Under the pieces are notes generated by a model that saw only the letters and a program-made list of their open reading frames with translations, searched no databases and was not told the DNA's origin. This document shows positions 17,708 to 27,700 of a stretch of DNA of 32,000 bases, piece after piece. Position 1 is the stretch's first letter. Each line of letters starts with the position of its first letter. The position numbers and the translations under genes are program-made. The stretch spans positions 1,260,001 through 1,292,000 of the forward strand of contig JAIZWK010000001.1 of NCBI GenBank assembly GCA_021498095.1, written 5' to 3'. This stretch comes from Candidatus Harpocratesius repetitus (GTDB taxonomy: Archaea > Asgardarchaeota > Lokiarchaeia > Sigyniarchaeales > Promethearchaeaceae).

Positions 17708-17960
17708 ATTTTTTACCAGTTTGAGAGTATTATAAAAAATATCAATATCGTTTAATCTTAAAATGCTTAGCGAAAATAATTAAATGAAGTAGTAAATACT
17801 CAGTATGTTTAAAAAATAGAAGTTATTTCTTCAAGTATTTTTTTTTGATATTTTCATTTGAAGATATTCGAAAATGATTGTTTTCTATCTTCTATGAACT
17901 TGGAAGACTTAAAATCAAATTGTTTTTATGGAATTTGATCTTATTGTGTGGTGATTTAAA

Positions 17961-20540
17961 ATGCCTATGGATTATTCAAGTGTAAATAATATAAAACGAA
18001 AATATCTAAAGCGGGGAGAATTTGCGCGCCCGGAAACAGAGCGGAAATATGCTCCTTCCTTGGAATTTGAACCTACTCACCAAACAATTAATTTGAACTT
18101 TGAAATAGCTAAGCAAAAAGCTGAAGGATTTGTAGAAACTCAATTAACGGCAAAAACTTCTTCTGCTAGTATAATTAAGTATGATGCAATCAATCTTTTT
18201 ATCAAAAATGTTGAAGGACCAGACGAATGGCATTATGATGGAATAGTTTTAACGTGCAAATGGAAAAATCCTCTTTCTAAAGGTGATACAACTTCAACCA
18301 AAGTTTTTTATTCCGTAGATCATCCGATCTCAGGGTTGTATTTCAGTAATCCCGATGAATTTTATCCTGATCGTCCTCGCTATGCTGTTACCGATGTTGA
18401 ATCTATACGAGCGCGCTATTGGTTGCCATGTGTTGATCATTTAAGTGTTCGATGCACACTTGATTTTTTCCTTACCAGCGATAAAGAACATACAATTTTA
18501 GCAAATGGAAAGCTTGTTTCTGAAGAAAATCTTCCAAATGGAAAGAAAATGGTGCATTGGTCCTTGGATTTTCCCTGTCCTAGTTATTTAATCACTTTAG
18601 CTGTGGGGGAATTTATTGAATATAAAGATAGAGATGCTGATACCGGAAAAGGGCATATTCCAGTCGCATATTATACCACAAAGAATTATACTGTTGAAAA
18701 TTTGGGAAAAAGCTTTTCGGGCACACCTGATTTCATTGAATGGATGGTTAAAAAGTTAAATTGTCCTTTAGAATGGCCTAAATATTATCAAATTGCAACT
18801 GCTCTTCATGGTGGTGCCATGGAAAATATTTCTTTAGTAACTTGGGGTGATTTTGCCATTATGGATGAACGAGAAAGAGCCGAATTTAAATGGCTGGTCG
18901 ATTGGATTAATGTTCATGAACTTTCCCATTCTTGGTTTGGTGATATGATCGTTTGCAATGATTTCGCTCATGCGTGGTTGAAAGAAAGTTGGGCAACATA
19001 TGTAGAGAAATTGTATTATGAAGATTCTCAAGGAATTGATGCTTATCTCTATGGAATGTATGAAGATCGTTGTGATTATATGAAGGAAAGTGATGAACGT
19101 TATGCTCGGCCTATAGTAACCAAAGAATATGAAAGTTCTTGGGATATGTACGATAAACACCTCTATCCTGGTGGTTCTTTTCGACTTCATATGTTAAGAA
19201 ATATAATTGGAGATTCTGCTTTTTTCGAAGCAGTAAGTGATTATTTGAATACATTCAAAGGAAAAACGGTTGAAACTATTGATTTTCAACGCAAATTAGA
19301 GTTCCATTCTGGTATGAATTTACAGCCATTTTTTGATCAATGGTTATTTTCTCGCGGATATCCTCAATTAAAAGCAGATTTTTCATATGAAGATAAATCT
19401 CAATTAGTAAAAATCAGAATCTCTCAAAATCAAGTGGATGAAAAAGCCAAAATTGGTGTTTTCAAATTTCCATTGGTAATTGAGTGGGAAACTGCAGAGG
19501 GTGAGCTTAAACGCCAAACTTTTCAAATTAACGAAAAAGACCAGACTTGTTACTTTAAATGTGAGCACAAACCACTACGCGTTCAGTTAGATCCTGATTT
19601 TCATCTTTTATTTAGTTTGGAGTTTAATCCTGGACAAGATCTCTTATTGCGACAATTGATGAAAGGAAATTTAATCGGTAGGATCTTTGCGGTTCAAGAA
19701 TTGGCAAAAATAGGCAATTATCAAGCAATATCGGCAATATCAGAACAATATAAAAAAGAAACTTTTTGGGGAATCAAAGTAGAATTCTTGAAATCATTGC
19801 TTTCTATAAAGAATTATCATGCAATTGAAAAAGCAGTTGAGATATTAAGTAATGAGAAAGATCCTCAAACATTATTTCATTCTATCGGGGAATTGGAAGG
19901 AAAACGCCATCAAATCATAGTTGATATGATAAAAAGTTTTATCAATCGTTCTGAATACTATTATCATTCAACAGGAAATGCCCTTAAGGTTCTCGGTAGT
20001 CAAAGATCAAAGGAAATGTGGGATTACCTTTCTTCTTTAACCCTTCCAGCAGATTACAATAATATATTAAAAGGTTATCAGTTTGAAGCAATTGGAAAAC
20101 TGCGACTTCCTGATTCAGTTGACTATCTAAAGGAAAAAATAAGATATGGAAAATCTCCAGAGAATATTCGCCGACAAGTTATTAAGGGATTAGTTGATGC
20201 TCTCACTTGGGCGAAAAAAGAAATTAAAGAAGAGATTTTAGAAATATTCCAAGTGGAAATTGAAAGAGCATTAGATGAAACATTTTTGATACAAATAGCT
20301 TTTGCAATTCAGCAATTAAGGTTACCTCGAAGTAATTCACTTTTGATTGCACTGAAATCTCGAATTTCAACTCAATTCCATCCACGTTTGGAGAAATTGA
20401 TTAAATCCTTAGAAAAATCAGAAAATTCTGCAGAAGCAAGTAAGCAACAGGCTGAAAAGCTCGATAAACTTGAAAAAATGATGGAAAAATTAATATCCCG
20501 TGTTGAAATATTAGAGCAAAAGGTTAATCCTGCAAAATAA
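17961..20540 (+). CDS. M1 family aminopeptidase with C-terminal HEAT-like repeats and coiled coil
   Basis: GGAMEN exopeptidase motif, HELSH-x18-E (WLKES) Zn motif, YPGGS..LHMLR; GGTGA RBS 6 nt upstream of ATG. Confidence 0.93.
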   Translation: MPMDYSSVNNIKRKYLKRGEFARPETERKYAPSLEFEPTHQTINLNFEIAKQKAEGFVETQLTAKTSSASIIKYDAINLFIKNVEGPDEWHYDGIVLTCKWKNPLSKGDTTSTKVFYSVDHPISGLYFSNPDEFYPDRPRYAVTDVESIRARYWLPCVDHLSVRCTLDFFLTSDKEHTILANGKLVSEENLPNGKKMVHWSLDFPCPSYLITLAVGEFIEYKDRDADTGKGHIPVAYYTTKNYTVENLGKSFSGTPDFIEWMVKKLNCPLEWPKYYQIATALHGGAMENISLVTWGDFAIMDERERAEFKWLVDWINVHELSHSWFGDMIVCNDFAHAWLKESWATYVEKLYYEDSQGIDAYLYGMYEDRCDYMKESDERYARPIVTKEYESSWDMYDKHLYPGGSFRLHMLRNIIGDSAFFEAVSDYLNTFKGKTVETIDFQRKLEFHSGMNLQPFFDQWLFSRGYPQLKADFSYEDKSQLVKIRISQNQVDEKAKIGVFKFPLVIEWETAEGELKRQTFQINEKDQTCYFKCEHKPLRVQLDPDFHLLFSLEFNPGQDLLLRQLMKGNLIGRIFAVQELAKIGNYQAISAISEQYKKETFWGIKVEFLKSLLSIKNYHAIEKAVEILSNEKDPQTLFHSIGELEGKRHQIIVDMIKSFINRSEYYYHSTGNALKVLGSQRSKEMWDYLSSLTLPADYNNILKGYQFEAIGKLRLPDSVDYLKEKIRYGKSPENIRRQVIKGLVDALTWAKKEIKEEILEIFQVEIERALDETFLIQIAFAIQQLRLPRSNSLLIALKSRISTQFHPRLEKLIKSLEKSENSAEASKQQAEKLDKLEKMMEKLISRVEILEQKVNPAK

Positions 20541-20650
20541 TTGAAGATTTCTGCTTAATCTTATTTTTTCTTCTATTTTTTTAAAATATTTCATAATTTA
20601 ATTTTAATTCTTTTTCACCATTATTTTTACGAAAAATTCAATGGAAAAAT

Positions 20651-20784
20651 TATTAAAAATAATATAATATTGTTTATATTATAATTATATTAAGATAATT
20701 TAAATTATATTATAATTTAGATAATATAATCAAAAATATTTTCATTAAAATATGATATAAATTATATTATATTAATTTAAAAAT
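20651..20784. other. Extremely AT-rich intergenic tract
   Basis: 6 G/C in 134 nt (counted); TAAATTATATTATA repeated at 20701 and 20758. Confidence 0.8.
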
Positions 20785-20864
20785 GTGTTTGATTAATTTT
20801 GATTATAAAAATTTCGCATTAAATTCATTTAGATTCATTCTTTATTGGAGTATGAGGGAATCAA

Positions 20865-21203
20865 ATGGAAAATGATTACAAATTAATTATATCTCCAGCT
20901 GCATTATCTCATATTCGTGAAGTTGGTTTAAAGCAATTTGATGATGCATATGTGCTTGTTTTGGCCGACACTCATGCAATTGGTGGAATTGTAGTTCCTG
21001 AAATTCACCCCATTGAAATGCTTTATGATAATTATCATTTTAGGGAATTGTTCCCACGAGATTATCAAAATTATGGATTTCCCATTTATGTTGATCGAAC
21101 GATGGAACGAGAAGGTTATCTTCCACAGCATATGTTAATTGATTTTCTTCCTACATATGAAGGGATGAATTTAGTTTTTAAAAATCCTGATTTTGAATCC
21201 TGA
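20865..21203 (+). CDS. HesB/IscA-fold-like protein lacking cysteines
   Basis: IISPAALSHIRE and IYVD..GYL..IDF..LVFKNPD resemble the A-type carrier pattern; the protein has zero Cys. Confidence 0.55.
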   Translation: MENDYKLIISPAALSHIREVGLKQFDDAYVLVLADTHAIGGIVVPEIHPIEMLYDNYHFRELFPRDYQNYGFPIYVDRTMEREGYLPQHMLIDFLPTYEGMNLVFKNPDFES

Positions 21204-21237
21204 TTTTTTTGTGAAATAAATTAAATTTTTTAAAAAA

Positions 21238-22344
21238 ATGACACAACTTGCATTTATTGCTGAAGGTTTTGGGCATAAGGATAAAATTCGAGGATTTTGT
21301 TTCGATTTACAAGGAAAATACTGTTTTTCAGCAAGTTGGGATCGCACGGTTTGTCAATGGCTTATTCCAAGCGAAAAAAAATCTGATAAAAATAGTTATA
21401 GTTATGTAAATCAAAAAATAGAACCTTTCAGGATTTATGGAAAACATGCAGCTGAAGTTTCTGCTATGGCGCTGTGGAACGCTCAAGAGGTTCTTATCAC
21501 TGGAGACAAGACAGGTCATATATTTGCTTGGGATTTAAGGACAGGACAATGTCTTTTTGATTTAGTTTCGCCACATACACGGGTTTCTGCAATATATATT
21601 GATGAATTATCTTGTGAATCGACTTCTTCATCTACGTTATTATCTTCATCATCAACATTCTTATCTAAATCATCTTTTAATTGGGCAAAAAGCCATCAAA
21701 TTCAATTATATACTGGAGGGAGTGAAGGTACAATATATTCTTGGAGACTTTCATATTTATCTTTAAATTCTTCTCAAATATCGACTGCAAAAAAGATTGA
21801 TAAATTAACTATTAAAAAAATTGATGTATTTAAAGGTCCTAAAAAAGCAATTCATCAAATTGGGGTAGATACTGAACAAAAACTGCTGATCAGTAGCGGT
21901 GATGAAGATAAAATATATGTCTGGAAATTAGATTGCCCTGCGAACCCTATTCACATTTTGAATTTTCCTGAAAAAATCATATTCACTTTTGCAATGAACA
22001 AAGTATCAAGTAATCCATATTTATTGTGTGGAGGGCAGAAAAAGAAACTTTATCTTATTGATTATTTGAATGGAACGTTAATTGATTCTATTCACACATC
22101 AGCGCCAATTTCTTATATATTCTTTAATCAAAAAATGATGCAATGGCTCATCTGCGATTTTAAGGGAAATTTGTCCCGCTATAAAATAACAAACGAAAAA
22201 AATGGGATTGAAATAATTGATTCCATTTCAATCTTAGAGGAAAATGGAATGTTTTTTGCGGGTATTGATAAAAAATGGAAGTTTTTAGCATTAAGTTCAC
22301 CTGATGATTCATCCCATAGTATTCGTTTTTTTCGCCTTTATTAA
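21238..22344 (+). CDS. WD40-repeat beta-propeller protein
   Basis: Repeats such as GHKDKIRGFCF..SASWDRTVCQW, KHAAEVSAMAL..TGDKTGHIFAWD, SSGDEDKIYVWK. Confidence 0.88.
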   Translation: MTQLAFIAEGFGHKDKIRGFCFDLQGKYCFSASWDRTVCQWLIPSEKKSDKNSYSYVNQKIEPFRIYGKHAAEVSAMALWNAQEVLITGDKTGHIFAWDLRTGQCLFDLVSPHTRVSAIYIDELSCESTSSSTLLSSSSTFLSKSSFNWAKSHQIQLYTGGSEGTIYSWRLSYLSLNSSQISTAKKIDKLTIKKIDVFKGPKKAIHQIGVDTEQKLLISSGDEDKIYVWKLDCPANPIHILNFPEKIIFTFAMNKVSSNPYLLCGGQKKKLYLIDYLNGTLIDSIHTSAPISYIFFNQKMMQWLICDFKGNLSRYKITNEKNGIEIIDSISILEENGMFFAGIDKKWKFLALSSPDDSSHSIRFFRLY

Positions 22345-22416
22345 AGGTTTATTTATAAATTGGCGGAGAGATTTTTTAGTGATCTTTAAATAACTCTTCT
22401 CTACTCTTTTAATGAA

Positions 22417-22728
22417 ATGTATTTTGGATCTATTTTAAGTGGAATTCTTATTTGTATGATTTTTATTATGATTATAGTTTTGCTTGTTGTTATACATTTA
22501 GTTAAGCGGAATGAAGAAATGGGTGAATGGGCAACCTATCCAAATAGAAATATCAATCCTGATAAACATCATACACCTTATATGGGATTTCCTGCACACG
22601 TTACCACTCCACTTAAATCAAAATTTTGTCCTAATTGTGGGGAATTAATCACACGTCAAATGAAATTCCGATTAGAACAAGGCTTTAAAACATTTTGTGA
22701 GAATTGTGGCTATTTAATTCTCCCATAA
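22417..22728 (+). CDS. Single-TM protein with C-terminal Zn ribbon
   Basis: N-terminal hydrophobic helix; CPNCG..CENCG. Confidence 0.8.
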   Translation: MYFGSILSGILICMIFIMIIVLLVVIHLVKRNEEMGEWATYPNRNINPDKHHTPYMGFPAHVTTPLKSKFCPNCGELITRQMKFRLEQGFKTFCENCGYLILP

Positions 22729-22933
22729 TGAAATTTTTGATCAAACAAAATAAATGAAATTTAAGTATCAATCTCTGAAATATTTCCGATTTTTTCCGAT
22801 TTTTGTCTGCTCCTTAATATTGTATATTTATACTACTATTGGCGCGATAATACTTCTTATATGGGTTATGCGCTTATTCATTTATATTGACACTATTCAC
22901 TTACTTATATTGAATTATTCGAGGAAGTTGTAA

Positions 22934-23497
22934 ATGTTTAAATTGAATTTTGATCCAAAGAAAATTAAAGAAAAACACATCATTAATCCTGAAGATCTGC
23001 TTCCAAAACACGTTGAAACAACCGATGGTAAAATATCTCCTTTTGATGCAAATAAAATAATATATTCAATTATGGAAGAAACAGGTTTAGACAAAGAAAA
23101 AGCAATTGAAGTTACAACTAATGTTTTAAGGAAACTAGGTGGGCTGGGTTTGGAATTTATTGCAGCTCCCCATCTTAGGGAATTAGTTTGTGGTGAATTA
23201 ACTGCAGAAGGCTTACATACTTATCGAAATCGCTATACGCGCTTGGGGATTCCTATTTATGATGTTAAAAAAATATTAACTGAGCAAAGAGGAAAAGCAT
23301 TTGCCTCATTATTAGCTGCACAAGTTATCGAGCAGTATGTGCATTTAGATCGTTTAAGTGAAGCAGCTGAAGTTGTTATTGAACAAATATCACATTATAC
23401 GAAAGAACTGCCCGAGAATGAACGAGCTCTTATCGAAAAAGCAATGGAAAATGCAATGAGATTGTATAATGAAAAGAAAGAAAGACACTTGATATGA
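22934..23497 (+). CDS. Stand-alone ATP-cone domain protein (resembles the N-terminus of archaeal class III RNR)
   Basis: VETTDGKISPFDANKIIYSIMEETG..APHLRELVCGEL..YTRLGIPIYDV; no catalytic domain follows. Confidence 0.8.
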   Translation: MFKLNFDPKKIKEKHIINPEDLLPKHVETTDGKISPFDANKIIYSIMEETGLDKEKAIEVTTNVLRKLGGLGLEFIAAPHLRELVCGELTAEGLHTYRNRYTRLGIPIYDVKKILTEQRGKAFASLLAAQVIEQYVHLDRLSEAAEVVIEQISHYTKELPENERALIEKAMENAMRLYNEKKERHLI

Positions 23498-23572
23498 AAA
23501 ATAAAAATATTATAATTGAGGATATTTTATCTTTTATAATTCAAGCGCTTTTTTGAATATCATTTAAATATA

Positions 23573-23774
23573 TCCGACTTAAATCTGAAATATCGCAATT
23601 CTTTTTTTGTTGAACTCAATTTTTTCAAAGAATTTGTTAAAAATTTACCATTCTGTTTATAAATTCTTCAATCTGATGTCCTTTTTATTATAATTCTTGA
23701 TTTGCATATCTTGAATTTGGCAACTTGGTAAAATCGACAAAAAATAAGAAAGGGTATTTTAGATTTGAGTCGGG
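23573..23774 (+). other. ~200-bp intergenic element bounded by long imperfect inverted repeats
   Basis: 23573-23594 pairs with 23753-23774 over 22 contiguous positions (18 Watson-Crick, 4 G.U on the + strand); 23599-23613 pairs with 23734-23750 with bulges. Confidence 0.65.
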
Positions 23775-23831
23775 AGAATTAAGATGATGAAATGAAAAAA
23801 TTCGAATCTTTGAAATTTAAAATACCCTTAA

Positions 23832-24752
23832 TTACATTGGATGTAATTTTTTTTCAATTTTATCGATTTTTTCACGCACATAGTGATCGATTTCTCTTAG
23901 TTCAAGTAATGCAACTTCATGTGCTCTACTTGGATCTGAACTTTGCATCGAGAAATCTATGTTTTGTTCTTCTCCAGATTGTTTTTTGAGTGCTTGCAAT
24001 TCTTCTTTACTGAATTTATGTGAAATTGCACCATCTCTGATGTAATATAAACGATCTGCAATTGCTTTCAACTCAGGATCGTGAGAAACAATGATCATTG
24101 TTTTTTCTGGAAATTTTTTAATAACTGAATGTAATAATTCCATAATAATACGTTTTGAAGCTGTATCTAATTCACCAGTCGGCTCATCACACAATATTAT
24201 ATCCGGATTATTCGCTAAAGCAGCTGCAATCGAAACCCTTTGTTGTTCACCACCACTTAATTCATCTGGACGATGGGTTTTCCGCTCACTTAATCCGACA
24301 ATATCCAGCAAAGAGTTAACAAATTCTTTACTTGCTTTATTCAATGTTTTTGACAACTCTAATGGAAGAAGAATATTTTCTTCCGCTGTAAGTTCTGGAA
24401 TCAAATTCATAAATTGGAAAACAAATCCTATTTTTTTCCTACGATATTGTTCCATCTCTCTATCTGTATATTGTGCAATATCTACACCATTTACAAAAAT
24501 TCTTCCAGATGTTAAACGATCTAATCCTCCAATTACATTTAAGAGAGTTGTTTTTCCACAACCACTTGGTCCCATAATAACTGTTATTTCTCCCGCTTTA
24601 AATTCACAGGTAAGTCCACGAAGTGCTACAACTTCAATTTTTCCTCGTTTATATATTTTTATTGCATCATCAATTTGAATTGATCCCGACTGCTGGGCAA
24701 GAGCATAGGTCATATTTCCGTTTTGTGTTTGATTATCACTCATTATTTTCAC
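23832..24752 (-). CDS. ABC transporter ATP-binding protein (LolD/MacB-like)
   Basis: GPSGCGKT, LSGGEQQR, LCDEPT, SHD motifs; C-terminal helical extension; probable start ATG 24743. Confidence 0.93.
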   Translation of the reverse strand: MKIMSDNQTQNGNMTYALAQQSGSIQIDDAIKIYKRGKIEVVALRGLTCEFKAGEITVIMGPSGCGKTTLLNVIGGLDRLTSGRIFVNGVDIAQYTDREMEQYRRKKIGFVFQFMNLIPELTAEENILLPLELSKTLNKASKEFVNSLLDIVGLSERKTHRPDELSGGEQQRVSIAAALANNPDIILCDEPTGELDTASKRIIMELLHSVIKKFPEKTMIIVSHDPELKAIADRLYYIRDGAISHKFSKEELQALKKQSGEEQNIDFSMQSSDPSRAHEVALLELREIDHYVREKIDKIEKKLHPM

Positions 24753-24797
24753 TTAATTTTTCTCAATTTTACTATTATTTTAGATAAAAAAAAGTAA

Positions 24798-27700
24798 TTA
24801 CGCAGAAATTCTCAGAAGATCTCCTATCTTTGAAACATCTGATTTTCTAGTTTCAATTGCAACAGCAATTGCAATACTCACTATAAAAGCAAATATAGAT
24901 CCTGCAAGTTGAAGAAGAAGCTTGCCCCATTGTATATAGATTTCTCGTTGTAAGGCTCCTGATATTCCCATTCCACTTAAATTATTTAATTGTATAATAA
25001 TAGATGCCCCTCCAAGAATCCCAGTAAATGTGAAAAGAGTTCCTAATAAAATTAGTGTAAGCCCTTCTGCAATTTGGATCTTGTATATTACTTTCTTTTC
25101 TACTCCTCTTGCTCGTAATAAACCCATATCATGGGATTTCTCGTTAATTGATATGTACATAATTATTGCAATCCCGAAAGTCACAATTGTGAGAAGATAC
25201 AAGCTTTCTAAATTAAGAAATCGGAGTAATGACCCCGTAATATCAGTAACACCTTCATTCCAAGTTTGATATTTTTCAACATATCCATTAGGATCCCATT
25301 CTTTAATTAATGTAATTAATTTATCTATATCGATTTCTTCAAGGGATGATCCAGCACTAGGATAGAATGTTATAGTAATATCTTTAATTATACCATCTTG
25401 AATTGTTTGATTTGCAATAATTATTTCTGGATTCCAAGTATATTCATCTGTTAAAGGAAACGCAGAATAACTTCCTAAAATCTTAATCTCTAATTCAATT
25501 AGTTCAGAAATGGAATCATTTGCAGAATTATATTGAATTGTAAGATTTTCACCTACTTTATATCCTTGTTCAACCATAGAATCAGGAATTAAGCAGTAAT
25601 TTCCTTGGGATAATTTTGAAATAACTTCAACACCATATTCCGAATTTATCCATTTAGAATAAATATTGATATCTTTTGTATAATTTTCTGCAGATATTAA
25701 AACAACATTGGGACTTCCCATATATCCATAGTCATCATAAAATCCATCATATACTTCGATAGATGTTTTTAAGCGGCCACCATATAGAGTTCCAAGCCAA
25801 TTCAATCCCCTAACATTGACATCTGAAAAATTGGGCTGAAGATTACTCACCAAATTGTCAATACCATCAGTTCCTAATCGAGATGAATAAAGATCAACAC
25901 GAACTCCATTTCCAGATAAAATTGTATTTCTTTGGTTTTGGTAATTAATTTCAGAGCCTTCTACTGTAGCAGATAATACTAAAAAGCTTAGTGCCATTGC
26001 TACGATGAATACCAAACGAAATGAACGTGCTTGGTTATTTATTATACTTTTTGAAGTAAATACTGAAATATTTTTTGAAAATAATTTGCTAATTTGACTT
26101 ACTACTTTTTGAAAAAATGAAATATTCCTACATAAAAGTTTCACTAGTGCATACGTAAGTATAAAAGGTGCAAAAGGAAGAATCGCAGTTGAAATGGATA
26201 TCAAAGGATATAATATTATAAGTAATCCAAAATTTGCTTGATTCATTAATAAATCTCCAATAATTGAAATTAATATTGGAAAACCTCCAACAATTAATAA
26301 TATCCAATCTATTTTCTTTTTGGGAATTGTATTATAACTTACTTCATGGTATTTTGCTAATCCTTCAATAGGTTCCATTTTAGAGAATTCTTTTAACGGT
26401 TTTCTAACAGCAAAGATTGAAATTATAATACCACCAATTATCCCAATTATCCATGTTGAGAGTTTCATATATTCTCCAGAAAATATTTGGCTAATAATTG
26501 AAATAGTTGTCTGATCTTGAAGTGCTTGAGGATAAATTCTACTTAAGACTAAGGTTGATGTAAAATTTCCTCCCAGTATGCCAAGAATTCCCCCTATTCC
26601 ACCAATAATCAAGGCTTCTAAGAAAAACATTGATTTTAGTTGTGCTGTAATCCCTCCTTTAACTTTTAATAAGGCAATTTCTCTTCGACGCTGTTGGTAA
26701 CTTAACAACCAGTTTGTTTTACAGAGATACCACCCTAGTATTAGTACGGGAAGTGAGATAAACAGAAATAATGTCTGATATAAAATCATCTGAAATTGAA
26801 CTTGTCTTACAACTTGTTTGAGTGAAGTTGAAATTGAATGAAATCCTCCTTCACCTATACGTGAAATCCTGGTTGATATATAATCTAATCTGTCCGAGAT
26901 TTCACTTGGTTGGATATTTAATATTTCACTATGCTCTAATAGCACTGCATATTGAATTGAAAATAAGTTTCCTCCATTCTGCCATAAATTTTCATAAGAA
27001 GAAACTGGATTTTCTGCTACATTATGCATCATCAATTCCATTTCATCAATCAAATTCTGAATATATGAAATATTTCCTAAAATCAACCTGCTCCCATCTG
27101 GAAAATAATAATCTGAAGCCCCAATTATTTGTTGAATATTTTGCATATCAGATACATCAATTGTTCCTAAAACTGGAATATTTGTTGAATTTATTAGGTG
27201 ATTTACTTCTACGTAATTTTCGCCAATATTCATATATTCTTGAAAGACAACTCGAATTGTAAGGTTATCTCCAGGATTAAGTTGCATGTATTGTGCAAAA
27301 CTTGAATCGATATATATTCCATCTTGCGATAAATTTAAGGGTGTATTAAATTGAATCACATCACTAAAACGCGATTGAATTTGTTGTTCTTCAAAAATAT
27401 TTTGGTATAAGCCACAAAAGATTGAAAAATTAAATCGATTCCATAATCTGTAGTCATCATTAGAAAGATAATCCGACCAATTTATTGAAGTAGAATTTGG
27501 AATATATATTGATTGATAATAAGTGGCAGAACCAACTACATAAGAAGTAAGGTATTCATCTATTTCTAAAGATAATTTGTTTAGTTTATCTAGATTTGCA
27601 GTGATATTATCATCTCTACTTTTCAAAGTAAAATCTACTTTTACTTCATCTAGTTGTTCTTTTATCATATGAAGTGCCATACGATTGCTGGCAATATTAA

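Noticed and set aside
20541-20864. Replication origin
   Set aside because: No ORB-like boxes with G-strings and no cdc6/orc1 gene nearby; only the AT richness is supported.
21201-21224. Possible selenocysteine read-through of the HesB-like TGA giving a U-F-F-C tail
   Set aside because: The extension is only 7 codons, the T-run fits an ordinary archaeal terminator, the spacing does not match the CxC tail, and no SECIS-like hairpin is visible before the WD40 start.
24091-24678. 195-aa plus-strand ORF, and other short ORFs nested in or antisense to long genes (e.g. 815-1201, 9294-9578, 18834-19190, 26822-27262, 31716-31961)
   Set aside because: Shadow frames of well-supported genes with no motifs of their own.
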